From assembly GCA_019058315.1 (NCBI GenBank), contig JAHPZH010000006.1, positions 224,001-288,000 on the forward strand: a stretch of 64,000 bases of DNA. The letters run 5' to 3'. The notes under the pieces are model-generated. The model was given only the letters and a program-made list of their open reading frames with translations, searched no databases and was not told the origin of the DNA. The number at the start of each line of letters is the position of its first letter. Within the stretch, counting starts at the first letter, position 1. Shown in pieces: positions 29,650 through 40,030 of this stretch. Source of the DNA: Candidatus Helarchaeota archaeon (GTDB lineage Archaea; Asgardarchaeota; Lokiarchaeia; Helarchaeales; RDOG01). The translations under genes and the position numbers were made by a program.

Positions 29650-31065
29650 ATGTCAGCTGAAGATCCGATTTTAAAAAGATTAGAAGAGATAGTAGGAAAA
29701 GATTTCGTATCCAATCGAATCGAAGAGCGATATTATTATTCTAGAGATGCAGGTGCAACAGAACCATCTATGCCAGATTATATTGTCTTACCAAGTTCAA
29801 CTGAAGAAGTTCAAGCAATAGTTAAATTGGCTAATGAGAAAAAAATCCCGATTACGCCATTTGGTGGTGGTGTGACTACTTCTGGTCTTGCAATTGCTAC
29901 ACGGGGCGGAATTATAATTGACTTTAAAAGAATGGATAGAATATTAGAACTAAATAAAACAAGTTCCTATGTAATAATTGAACCTGGAGTCACACAAGGA
30001 CAATTAAAAACATATTTAGAGGAAAATACTAACAACGAATGGCAACACTCAATGCCTGGGGCACCCCCATCTGCTTCAGTTATTGGAAATTTAATGATTT
30101 ATGGAGCAGGGCATTTATGTAATAAATATGGGTATAATCATACAATGTGTAATGGAATTGAAGTTGTTCGTTCAGATGGTGAAATTTACAAATTAGGATC
30201 ATGTGCTGTTTCCGATAAATGGTTTGGAATACCTCCTATGCCTGATTTATCAAGCATTTTTTTAAATGGATGGATGGGAATAACAGGAATAATAACAAAA
30301 TTATCACTCCAAATTTTTCCAAAACCACCATTTAAAGAAGCTTTAGTATATACAACAACCAAGATTGACGATTTTACTGATGGAATGTATGAAGTTTTAA
30401 AATATGAGATTTGCGAAGATGTACTAGGTATGGTTGCTGGAATATTTGGCAAAACTATTATGTTATTTATGGTCTTTTCTGCAAATTTTCAAGAAGAATT
30501 AGATCTTAAAAGAAAGATGCTTAGAGATATTCTAGATAAGTTTGGACAGGGTCTTAATCCAAGAACTGGAAAAAAAAGACGACTTAGAGAGATGAAAGGG
30601 GTACCACAATCTCTTATAGAGGGTTTTTTAATTGTACCTCCTCCTGCATTAGCTAGTACAATGGGAGATGTTAGAAAAGGAGGCGGTGCAGAGTATATCG
30701 GAAGTTATATTCCATTTGAAGCGATTAAAGAAGTTTTTGAAGGTGGACGTGAGATTTGTAATAAATATGGATTGGCAAAGGAGAGTTATATAATAAGGGC
30801 AATTTCATTAAATCATGCTGTCATGTTTGCCTTAAATTATCCCTATAACCGTAAAGTTGAGGAAGAACGTAAAATGGTCGAGAAGCAACTAGCTGAAACA
30901 ACAGAACTTATTTTAAAAGCTGGAGGGATACCATGGAAGCCAGATGTCCATGCACAGAAAAAAATTTTGAAGCTGGCTGATCCAAATTATGTAAAATTGA
31001 TGAAAGAAGTGAAAAATTTACTAGATCCAAATAATATTTTAAATCCAGGAAAATGGGAGAAATAA
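29650..31065 (+). CDS. FAD-binding oxidoreductase (GlcD/D-lactate dehydrogenase-like)
   Basis: PFGGGVTTSG, IEPGVT, GIITK, LDPNNILNPGK. Confidence 0.88.
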   Translation: MSAEDPILKRLEEIVGKDFVSNRIEERYYYSRDAGATEPSMPDYIVLPSSTEEVQAIVKLANEKKIPITPFGGGVTTSGLAIATRGGIIIDFKRMDRILELNKTSSYVIIEPGVTQGQLKTYLEENTNNEWQHSMPGAPPSASVIGNLMIYGAGHLCNKYGYNHTMCNGIEVVRSDGEIYKLGSCAVSDKWFGIPPMPDLSSIFLNGWMGITGIITKLSLQIFPKPPFKEALVYTTTKIDDFTDGMYEVLKYEICEDVLGMVAGIFGKTIMLFMVFSANFQEELDLKRKMLRDILDKFGQGLNPRTGKKRRLREMKGVPQSLIEGFLIVPPPALASTMGDVRKGGGAEYIGSYIPFEAIKEVFEGGREICNKYGLAKESYIIRAISLNHAVMFALNYPYNRKVEEERKMVEKQLAETTELILKAGGIPWKPDVHAQKKILKLADPNYVKLMKEVKNLLDPNNILNPGKWEK

Positions 31066-31069
31066 AAAA

Positions 31070-32230
31070 ATGACACTAGAAAAATTTTCTGAAATAGTTC
31101 ATCGATGTTTTAGATGTGGGTATTGTAAATTTACCGGAGGTAAAACTGTTGATGATCAATGGTTCATTAATTGTCCCGCTTTTAAAAAATGGAGATTTGA
31201 AACTTTTTCTCCTGGAGGAAAAATGTGGCTTATTTTTGCAGTTATGAATGACGAATTAGAATGGAGCGAATCAATGGCTAAAATTATCTATTCTTGTACA
31301 ACTTGTGGTAACTGTATGGAACACTGTGTATTCAATTTTAATGAAGATATAATTGATATATTTGAAGCTGCTCGGGAACAATTATTTTTTCAAGAGTTAG
31401 CACCCGAAAAATTCCGTCAATTTGGAGAACATGTAGCCAGAGAACATAATCCTTATATGGAGGGGCATAAAGATAGATTAAATTGGCTTCCTAAAGATGC
31501 TAAAATATCCGAAACCGCTGAAGTGGGATATTTTGTAGGATGTACTGCCTCATACAGACAAACTCAGATAGCACAAGATACTGTTAAAATATTGAATAGA
31601 CTTGGAGTTGAATTCCAAATTTTAGGAGAAGAATGGTGCTGTGGTTCACCACTAATTCGTACCGGACAAACAAAAACTGCGCTTGAACTGGCTAAACATA
31701 ATATTGAAAAATTTGAAGAAGCTGGGATCAAACAAATAATCACATCTTGTGCCGGGTGTTATCGTACATTAAAAGAAGATTACCCAAAAAAATTTGAATT
31801 AACCTATAATTTTAAAGTATTACATCTAACAGAATACCTTGAAAAGAATTTAGATAAACTAAATTTTAAAGAAGCTTTGAATAAAACCGTTACTTATCAT
31901 GATCCGTGTCATTTAGGTCGACATGCTAATTTATATGAAGCTCCCAGAGCTATTTTAAAGAAATTTCCAGGTATTAAATTTATGGAAATGAAAAAAAATC
32001 GCCGTGATGCTACTTGCTGTGGTGCAGGCGGTGGTGTTAAATCAGAATTTTCGGAATGGTCTCTTGAAATGGCACGAGATCGTATTTTAGAAGCGATAGA
32101 AATAGGTGCTGAAATATTAGTTTCAACTTGTCCATTTTGTAACAGAAATTTCCTTGATGCGAAGAGAGAATTCAATTTGAATATTGAAATTTATGATTTA
32201 ACTGAACTCCTATTAAAATATCTAATCTAA
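31070..32230 (+). CDS. HdrD/GlcF-like Fe-S protein with two CCG domains
   Basis: CFRCGYC, CTTCGNCMEHC, WCCGSP, YHDPCHLGR, CCGAGGG, CPFC. Confidence 0.9.
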   Translation: MTLEKFSEIVHRCFRCGYCKFTGGKTVDDQWFINCPAFKKWRFETFSPGGKMWLIFAVMNDELEWSESMAKIIYSCTTCGNCMEHCVFNFNEDIIDIFEAAREQLFFQELAPEKFRQFGEHVAREHNPYMEGHKDRLNWLPKDAKISETAEVGYFVGCTASYRQTQIAQDTVKILNRLGVEFQILGEEWCCGSPLIRTGQTKTALELAKHNIEKFEEAGIKQIITSCAGCYRTLKEDYPKKFELTYNFKVLHLTEYLEKNLDKLNFKEALNKTVTYHDPCHLGRHANLYEAPRAILKKFPGIKFMEMKKNRRDATCCGAGGGVKSEFSEWSLEMARDRILEAIEIGAEILVSTCPFCNRNFLDAKREFNLNIEIYDLTELLLKYLI

Positions 32231-32339
32231 CAAACTATTCAAGCTTATAATAATATAATAAATCTAACATCTATTACATATAACATTGAAATATTCTAAA
32301 AATTTATATAATTAAAATATTCTTTTTTCTGAATTAAAA

Positions 32340-33473
32340 GTGAGAATAATGACAATGATGGAAATATTTAATGAAGCATCGCAGACTCTTCAAAATAAAT
32401 GGATGAAAGACTGGATAAAACAAGGAAATAAGATTATGGGTTACTATTGTTCTTATATTCCAGAAGAGTTGATGGATGCTCTCAACATAATGCCAATCCG
32501 CCTAAGACCAGTTGGTGTGAGAGATACTGGGTTAGCTGATGCTTATATGTCACTATTAAATTGCACTTATGCCCGTTGTATGTTAAATATCGCATTGGAG
32601 GACAAATTAAATTTTCTAGAAGGAATAGTTGGTTATAATTCCTGTGACCACGTCCGCCGAATGTATGATAATTTAAAATGGAAAGTAAAATTACCATTCT
32701 ATCATTTCTTAAGTGTACCACATCATGGTGACGAGGCTGCAATTAAATGGTTTCATAAGGAAATTTTAAACTTTAAATCTCATTTAGAGGATCATTTTAA
32801 GAGAAAAATAGAGGATACAGCCCTAACTCGCGCAATTAAAGATTATAATGAATTTAGGACACTTATTCAACAATTATATGATATGCGTAAAGTGGAAGAA
32901 CCTGTAATCACTGGGGAAGAGGCTATGAAAGTGAATCTAGCTTCAGTTTCGATGAGAAAAAGCCAAATCAACGAATATCTTAAAAAATTCTTGGAGGAAT
33001 GTAAAGATAGACAAGGAATTAGTGGACGAATACGGCTAATGATAGCTGGAGGACAACTTGACAATCCAGAATATATTAAAATCATCGAAAACTTGGGAGG
33101 ATTGGTGGTAACCGATTTTAATTGTTTTGGAACCCGATATTTTACTGGTTTAGTCAAGGAAAATGGAGATCCTTATTTAGAACTTGCTCGTCGATATTTA
33201 TTGAAAATCCCATGCCCTCGAATGATTGATGAAATTACAGGACATAAAACAAGGTTTGAACATATAAAACGGTTAATAAAAGAATATAGTGTTGATGGCG
33301 TTATTTTTCAGAAAATAATTATGTGTGATTTTCATGCAGGCGAGAACTATTTGTTTACTCAAGAATTAGATGAATTAGGAGTTCCTACAATCGATTTAGA
33401 ACGAGAATATATGCTCTCTGGTATTGGACAATTTAAAACACGAATGCAAGCATTTATGGAAATATTAACTTAA
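32340..33473 (+). CDS. 2-hydroxyacyl-CoA dehydratase / benzoyl-CoA reductase family subunit (beta-like)
   Basis: CSYIPEEL, NSCDHVRR, CFGTR, PCPRM, GQFKTRMQAFME. Confidence 0.88.
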   Translation: MRIMTMMEIFNEASQTLQNKWMKDWIKQGNKIMGYYCSYIPEELMDALNIMPIRLRPVGVRDTGLADAYMSLLNCTYARCMLNIALEDKLNFLEGIVGYNSCDHVRRMYDNLKWKVKLPFYHFLSVPHHGDEAAIKWFHKEILNFKSHLEDHFKRKIEDTALTRAIKDYNEFRTLIQQLYDMRKVEEPVITGEEAMKVNLASVSMRKSQINEYLKKFLEECKDRQGISGRIRLMIAGGQLDNPEYIKIIENLGGLVVTDFNCFGTRYFTGLVKENGDPYLELARRYLLKIPCPRMIDEITGHKTRFEHIKRLIKEYSVDGVIFQKIIMCDFHAGENYLFTQELDELGVPTIDLEREYMLSGIGQFKTRMQAFMEILT

Positions 33474-33482
33474 GGTGAAATT

Positions 33483-34865
33483 ATGAGCAAAATCAAGCCA
33501 ATATTAGAAGTTGCACCAGGGACGAAAACTATTTGGCACAGAATGATGGATTTGGCAGAAATTGGAATGCCTATGTTTGAAAGTATGGTCAATGAGAGAA
33601 AAAGAAAATTAGAAGCTCTTGGTCATGGTGACTTAGCCGAAGGGGCATCAATCTATGCACAGTTCATGAAAATATTACTTAATTATTTAAAAGGATATGA
33701 TATTTCTGTAGCACAAGGTAAAAAAACAGCAATATACAGCTTCTGCCTCCCACCTGAGATTTTTTATATGCTTGATATTTACCCCATGTGTCAAGAAGTT
33801 GGAACACTTGCCATAGCTGTAACAAATATTGGTTCTGTTAGCACAGGATATATTGACCTTGCCGAAGAAGCTGGAATTTCATCGCATGAATGTAATGCAC
33901 AGAAGATATGGCTAGGAGCTGCGTTAAAAGGTGAGGCCCCGAAGCCTGATGCGATTATCTATTCGTCCCAACCCTGTGATTCTACTAATAATCAATATCA
34001 AATATTGGAAAGGTGGTATAAAGCCCCAACTTTTACAGTTGACATTCCATATTGGAGCTACGAACCCAAAAACCCCTATTATGATGAAGATGTCTTACCA
34101 TATATGACTAACCAATTAAAGAATTTAATGGGGTTTCTAGAAAGAGTTTCGGGAAATATGTCTGATGAAGAGAAATTAAAACAAATCTTTAAATTATCAA
34201 ATGAAGCAAGGGAAAATATTTCAGAAGTTCAAGAATTAGCTAAACATGTGCCATCTCCTCTTACAAGTATAACCGCAATCAATAATTATCTTGTTTTATT
34301 GACTAGTGCAGGGCTACCAAGTGCCGTAGAATATTCAACTAAGGCGAAAAATTTTGCATCAGAAGTAGTCAAACGAGGGTTAGGGGGAATAAATTTAGCT
34401 TATGGAGGAAAAAAAGAAGAAAAATTCAGAGTAGTCAGTTTATACCCATTCGATCCATCCGTAATTCAATGGATGGAACGAAAATATGGGGCAATAGTAG
34501 TACAGGATATGTTGGGATATCAATTAGCTCAACCAGTAGATTTAACGAGTGAAGAAACAATATTGAGAGATCTAGGAAAAACTGTATTAGATATGCCCAT
34601 GGGACGCCAATCGAGAGGTCCCATGTATTTCTATTTTGATGATATGATCCGACTTGGGAAAGAATATAAAGCCGATTGTTATATATTTGGAGGTCATGTA
34701 GGGTGTAAACACAGTTGGGGTGGTATTAAATTATTAACTGACGTTTTAAAGGAAGAAACTGGACTCTCAACTATAGTATTTGAAACAGACGTATTTGACC
34801 CTCGAGTCGGAAATCCTTCTGAAATGAAGAAAAAACTTAAAGTCTTTTTTGACAGTTTAAAATAA
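33483..34865 (+). CDS. 2-hydroxyacyl-CoA dehydratase family subunit (alpha-like)
   Basis: PPEIF, ECNAQK, QPCD, HVGCK, DVFDPR. Confidence 0.85.
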   Translation: MSKIKPILEVAPGTKTIWHRMMDLAEIGMPMFESMVNERKRKLEALGHGDLAEGASIYAQFMKILLNYLKGYDISVAQGKKTAIYSFCLPPEIFYMLDIYPMCQEVGTLAIAVTNIGSVSTGYIDLAEEAGISSHECNAQKIWLGAALKGEAPKPDAIIYSSQPCDSTNNQYQILERWYKAPTFTVDIPYWSYEPKNPYYDEDVLPYMTNQLKNLMGFLERVSGNMSDEEKLKQIFKLSNEARENISEVQELAKHVPSPLTSITAINNYLVLLTSAGLPSAVEYSTKAKNFASEVVKRGLGGINLAYGGKKEEKFRVVSLYPFDPSVIQWMERKYGAIVVQDMLGYQLAQPVDLTSEETILRDLGKTVLDMPMGRQSRGPMYFYFDDMIRLGKEYKADCYIFGGHVGCKHSWGGIKLLTDVLKEETGLSTIVFETDVFDPRVGNPSEMKKKLKVFFDSLK

Positions 34866-34896
34866 TTAATTTTGAATAAACGGAAGGAAATAATAC

Positions 34897-35778
34897 ATGA
34901 CTTCAATAAGGAAAGAAGGAAAAATAAATGAAGATACTACATTAATTGACGTTATGATGTTAGGACTTCCTGGTGGAGTAGCTATATATCTAGTTGAAGG
35001 GGAAAAAAAATGTCTTATAGACGGGGGAAATGGACCTGAAGCCCGGAGACTTGTTAAAGTGCTTCAAAAATTAAATGCATTTCCACCTGATATTATTATC
35101 GTTACACATTTTCATTTTGATCATACTCAAGGTATCCCATATTTTCGTAAAAAAGCTGCAAAATTGAATAAAAAAATCGAAGTTATGGCTTCCCAGACCG
35201 CAATTCCTTTATTAGAGGATCAATCATTCAATGATATTTATGGAATTGGACCTTATAAGAACATAGTGGAAGTGACCCCACTTAAGGAAGGGGATAGGAT
35301 TGATTTAGATGGGATCAAGTTAAAAATTTTTGAAGTACCAGGACACTCAAAGGATCATATTGCAATCCTAGATGAAAAAAATAAAAATATTTTTGTTGGT
35401 GATGCGATTGGTGTTAAGGCTACAGATGATTTCTTCAGTTCTCCACCTTTTATGCCTCCCTTTTTTGATAAAGAGGCTTATTATAATTCTATAAACAAAC
35501 TCAAAAAAATAGATTATAAGACTCTTTGTTTAGCACACTTTGGCTATATTTATGATAAAGAAGCTAAAGATATTCTAGATGAGTCAGTTTCAACATTCGA
35601 AAAATGGTGGAAGCTGTTTGAGGATAATATTGAGAAATTGGATGATATCGATTATATGGTGGATAAAGTTTTGGACAATTGCTACCCAGAATATATTGAT
35701 AAAAAAATAGCTAAAATTCGCTTACAAAATTCAGTACCATGGCTAATTAATAGCTTTAAAACTTATAAAAAAATATAA
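34897..35778 (+). CDS. Metallo-beta-lactamase fold hydrolase
   Basis: THFHFDH, PGHSKDH, FVGDA, LAHFG. Confidence 0.9.
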   Translation: MTSIRKEGKINEDTTLIDVMMLGLPGGVAIYLVEGEKKCLIDGGNGPEARRLVKVLQKLNAFPPDIIIVTHFHFDHTQGIPYFRKKAAKLNKKIEVMASQTAIPLLEDQSFNDIYGIGPYKNIVEVTPLKEGDRIDLDGIKLKIFEVPGHSKDHIAILDEKNKNIFVGDAIGVKATDDFFSSPPFMPPFFDKEAYYNSINKLKKIDYKTLCLAHFGYIYDKEAKDILDESVSTFEKWWKLFEDNIEKLDDIDYMVDKVLDNCYPEYIDKKIAKIRLQNSVPWLINSFKTYKKI

Positions 35779-35881
35779 ATTTCTTATTTTTTGAAATGAA
35801 ATAAGGTCCAACAAACTGAAAATTTAAATAGAATTCAAATCTATTAAATTAATTCATTTAATAAAAACTCGATAATAAGAC

Positions 35882-37342
35882 TTACCAATTATCTAACCAG
35901 CCACTTAATTTACCAGAGACAGTTCTTTTAATCTTTTTTGAGAGATCAGTATTATAATAAATATCCGCCAATTTTATGATAATTGGAATTTCATAACGTT
36001 CAATTTTTATATCATATACAGCGTTCATCGATTTTATTAGATTATCCTCTGAAATTTCCGTAAAAGACTCGCATTCTTTTAAAATTTGATCCGTGTGAAG
36101 TATTAATCGCTCAAATTCAGAATTAGTTTGTAAAATTTGTAAATTTTGACCTTCAATTTTTAAAATATTTTTAAATAATCGAAATTCAAAATCAAATATC
36201 TCATGATTTTCATAAGGATCAATAGCAATGTAAGAATTCAAATCAACAATAAGATAATCTTTGAATTTTTTAAATTTCTTTTCAAATTCTAATCTATTGA
36301 CAGATAAAATTTGTTCTCCATATTCTAGGTTTATAAATATTTTTTTAAGAAATTTTATTAATTCCTCAACAATTTCTTGCTCTCCTATAAAAACGACCGG
36401 AATTCGAAAGAAAATTGCATGAAAAATATTAAAAAAAAGATCTTGTCTAAAAAATGATATTAGATTTTCCATTGAAAGATTTGATAAATCCAATTCACTT
36501 TTAAAATCTAGCAATTTCTCAATAAATTTAGTTCTAATATTTAATTTTTTATCAATAAATGCCAAAAAATAATGGTCACATTCGTTTGTACAAAGTTGAA
36601 TGCGAAGGGTATTTTTTTTCAGAAGATAATTAGGAATGAATAAATAAGTTGATTTTTTACATTCAGGACATGAAATTTTGATAAGTCTGTGCTCTCGAAA
36701 ATCTATATAATTCTTTGTTAACATTTTATAAAGAATTTCGAATAATTGATAATCTTCTATATTTAGTTGATTCATTATATCAAATAAACTTAAAGTTCCG
36801 CCACATAAATTCATAATTTGGCTTTCTAATAAACTAAATTTTTCTTTAGAACTAATTTTTTTCGTGTAAAATGGTAAAATATTTTTATATAAATTCTCTC
36901 TATAAGATAAAGTAGGTATTTTTAATTCTTTTAAAGGTAGTTCTATAGATAAAGAGGTATTTCCAGCCAAATTTAAAGGAGAACTCTCAATTTTTAATGT
37001 ACATTCCTCAATTGAATTTGAATATTTATTTAACATGCTTTTAAAGGTAAGTAATTGCCCGATTTTTCCCTTTGGATTATAAAGTATAATCATAGCATTA
37101 TCTGCACTTTTAAAAAAAACTATATTTTCTGAACTGAGAGGAATGGAATGATCTCCCTGTTGAAGATATTTGAAATTTGTGTGTACAAAATCGGTTATAA
37201 ATTTCTCATGATTTTTAAAAGCAGAATTGGAATAAATGAAATTTCCATAACTATCAGTAATTGAAACATAAACCCTTACACCTGTCATTTCTCCCATTTT
37301 TGCCATAATTTCTTTTGCTACTCGAAAAATACAGTCTTCCAT
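35882..37342 (-). CDS. Multidomain protein (roadblock/longin-like N-terminus, zinc ribbon, DENN-like C-terminus)
   Basis: CPEC...CTNECDH; IFHAIFFRIPVVFIG; domain names are inferred. Confidence 0.5.
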   Translation of the reverse strand: MEDCIFRVAKEIMAKMGEMTGVRVYVSITDSYGNFIYSNSAFKNHEKFITDFVHTNFKYLQQGDHSIPLSSENIVFFKSADNAMIILYNPKGKIGQLLTFKSMLNKYSNSIEECTLKIESSPLNLAGNTSLSIELPLKELKIPTLSYRENLYKNILPFYTKKISSKEKFSLLESQIMNLCGGTLSLFDIMNQLNIEDYQLFEILYKMLTKNYIDFREHRLIKISCPECKKSTYLFIPNYLLKKNTLRIQLCTNECDHYFLAFIDKKLNIRTKFIEKLLDFKSELDLSNLSMENLISFFRQDLFFNIFHAIFFRIPVVFIGEQEIVEELIKFLKKIFINLEYGEQILSVNRLEFEKKFKKFKDYLIVDLNSYIAIDPYENHEIFDFEFRLFKNILKIEGQNLQILQTNSEFERLILHTDQILKECESFTEISEDNLIKSMNAVYDIKIERYEIPIIIKLADIYYNTDLSKKIKRTVSGKLSGWLDNW

Positions 37343-37534
37343 CTTTCTATTTCACCTTTATTTTTTAAAGTAAAATTCAATTTAAGTGCGATTCTTTAAT
37401 TGATGTTTATATAAAAATATGTTGAATTTGAGATAAAAACATGTGGAATTTGAGAACAAAAAAGAAGAGAAATATTAAAGATTTATTCTCGTAAAACGAA
37501 AAGTTAATTAGAAATTAATTTCGTTTTTATCTTT

Positions 37535-38851
37535 ATGTCTCGATCTGAAATCAAATTAAATCCATTAGCTATCGAATTAAATGAAATAATAAAGGCAAAT
37601 CCCAAATTATTTTCAATGTTTTCTCCCCTAGGCAGAAGATTATATTTTCCAAAAGGGTTATTAAGTCAAGGTGCAGAAGCAAAACAAAAAGCCAATAAAT
37701 TTAATGCAACTATTGGGATAGCAACAGAAAATGAAGTTCCTATGCACCTAAAGTGTATCCGTAGTTATTTTTCCGATTTAGACCCAAAAGACGTTTTTAA
37801 TTATGCCCCTCCATCTGGAAAATTAGAATTACGAGAAAGATGGCGTGAAAAAATTCTAAAAGATAATCCGTCTCTTAAAGGAAAATTATTCAGTATGCCA
37901 ATTGTTACAAATGCTATTACACATGCCTTAAGCATAACGGCTGATCTTTTTGTTGAAGAAGGAGATAAAATAATTTTACCCAATAAAATTTGGGGAAATT
38001 TTCGTTTAATTTTTGAGATTAGACGTAAAGCAGAAATAATTCAATATCCTTTATTCAATCAAGAAGGTGGATTTAATATTTCTGGATTTGAAGATATATT
38101 AGATCGAAATAAAGATAGAAAAAAACTGGTTATTCTTTTAAATTTTCCCAATAACCCAACAGGATATTCAATTAAGAAATCTGAAGCTGTCGAACTCGTA
38201 AAAATTTTGAAAAAAGTAACTGATAAGGGTCAAAATATTATTGCCATTTGTGATGATGCCTATTTTGGTCTCTTTTATGAAGAGGAAGTATTAAAAGAAT
38301 CACTCTTTAGTCAAATAGCAAATTTAAATAATAATCTTTTAGCTATTAAAGCAGATGGTGCAACAAAAGAGCTATTTGCATGGGGCTTTCGAACGGGATT
38401 TATTACAGTTGCCTGTGGAAATACTGATCAAACTGTTTATAATGCATTAGAGAAGAAAATTATGGGTTGTATTAGGGGAACAATTTCGAATTGTTCTCAT
38501 CCATCCCAAACTATAATTTTACAAGCTTTAAATTCGCCAGATTTCAATAAACAACAACAAGAAAAATTTGAAATTTTAAAAGCAAGAGCATTAAAAGTCA
38601 AAGAAGTTCTAAAATCCGACAGATATGAGGGTGCATGGGATGTATATCCTTTTAATTCGGGATATTTTATGTGTCTACGCTTAAAAAACGTTGATGCTGA
38701 GAAATTACGACAACATCTTCTTAATAAATATGGTTTAGGGATTATAGCTTTAGGAAAATCAGATATTCGAATTGCTTTTTCATGTTTAGAATTGGATTCC
38801 ATTCAAACGGTCTTTGATACAATTTATAGTGGAATAACTGATCTTTCTTAA
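37535..38851 (+). CDS. PLP-dependent aminotransferase class I/II
   Basis: NATIG, NFPNNPTG, DDAYFGL, GATKELFAWGFRTG. Confidence 0.92.
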   Translation: MSRSEIKLNPLAIELNEIIKANPKLFSMFSPLGRRLYFPKGLLSQGAEAKQKANKFNATIGIATENEVPMHLKCIRSYFSDLDPKDVFNYAPPSGKLELRERWREKILKDNPSLKGKLFSMPIVTNAITHALSITADLFVEEGDKIILPNKIWGNFRLIFEIRRKAEIIQYPLFNQEGGFNISGFEDILDRNKDRKKLVILLNFPNNPTGYSIKKSEAVELVKILKKVTDKGQNIIAICDDAYFGLFYEEEVLKESLFSQIANLNNNLLAIKADGATKELFAWGFRTGFITVACGNTDQTVYNALEKKIMGCIRGTISNCSHPSQTIILQALNSPDFNKQQQEKFEILKARALKVKEVLKSDRYEGAWDVYPFNSGYFMCLRLKNVDAEKLRQHLLNKYGLGIIALGKSDIRIAFSCLELDSIQTVFDTIYSGITDLS

Positions 38852-38996
38852 TTTTTTTAAATTCTATAAGATCATTCGAATCTATATAGTAGTTTAATTC
38901 TTTTTAAGGCAGTACTCTTAGCGTAATACTCACTTTATTATTTCTAAAATTTAGTATAATTCTCATAAATAATACAAGGATGTTATGTGAAAGAAT

Positions 38997-39347
38997 ATGT
39001 CAATACGTACTCTGAAAGAATTAGCATATACTTACTTTAAAAACATGGGGTATTCAATTCAATTTAATGTATCTCTTCCAGGAAAGATTCAAAAATGTAA
39101 TTATAAATATGATATGGTTTGCACTGACTCAAAAGATAATAAAATCGGTATTATAATAAAAGATTGGGGAAGAAGCATTGGAATTAATGCAATTAGACAT
39201 TTTCATGAACAAGTAGTAAATTCTAATATGACCGAAGGAGTCCTTATAGGGCGATATTTTAGTGGATATGCCAAAAACTTTTCAAAGGATTATTATAATA
39301 TCAAGACTCTTTCGAGAAACGAATTAATTTATCATTTGGGCATTTAA
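38997..39347 (+). CDS. Restriction-endonuclease-fold (Mrr-like) small protein
   Basis: YFKNMGY...YDMV...IIKDWGRSIG; catalytic motif looks degenerate. Confidence 0.6.
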   Translation: MSIRTLKELAYTYFKNMGYSIQFNVSLPGKIQKCNYKYDMVCTDSKDNKIGIIIKDWGRSIGINAIRHFHEQVVNSNMTEGVLIGRYFSGYAKNFSKDYYNIKTLSRNELIYHLGI

Positions 39348-39432
39348 TGCGTTTTGAAAAGGTATATGTAAATTGTTTTAAAGATAATGCAAGGATTTAA
39401 CAGTAAAAATAGAAAAGAAGAATAAAATAAGC

Positions 39433-39837
39433 TTAACCCAATCTTGTAAGGGTCTGATCACAGACTTCAGAACCCTTTATAGTAAGAACCCACCCAATAC
39501 CTCTCTTTTGGATAAAACCTTGCCTTTCAATTTTATCCAAGATCGAGAAAAGTTCAATTTCGTTTACGTTTTTTCGGAAATCCACTATAACACTTTTTAC
39601 TACGTCTTCGACGCGAACTGGCCCTGCTAACTCATCTTCCATTACCCCAACACCTGCAATGACTGCATCTTCAACTGATAAATCATGATATAAGTTTAAT
39701 TCATCAAATTCATCAATCATTGAGGGATATTCTAGTAATAATTTATTTATTTGCTCAAGATCATCAGCTTTTATAGCTTTTTTTATCAAATCTTTAACTT
39801 TCTTCTTTTTCATCATTATAATTTCTTCCGTAAACAC
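39433..39837 (-). CDS. Hypothetical protein with C-terminal winged helix
   Basis: LDKIERQGFIQK...WVLTIKG. Confidence 0.6.
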   Translation of the reverse strand: MFTEEIIMMKKKKVKDLIKKAIKADDLEQINKLLLEYPSMIDEFDELNLYHDLSVEDAVIAGVGVMEDELAGPVRVEDVVKSVIVDFRKNVNEIELFSILDKIERQGFIQKRGIGWVLTIKGSEVCDQTLTRLG

Positions 39838-40030
39838 AATAAATAAAAGAAATGCCCAAATTATCTCAATAATTAATAGTAATCATTTTTATAAATTGTT
39901 TAGATATATTTGATTTTTTTTAATAAAAATTGAATATATAATTAAATATTTAAAATTGTTAATTTACTAATATTAAAAAAGAATAAAAATAGCTTAAAAA
40001 AATGCTGGATTAATTTCGGGAGAATATTAA

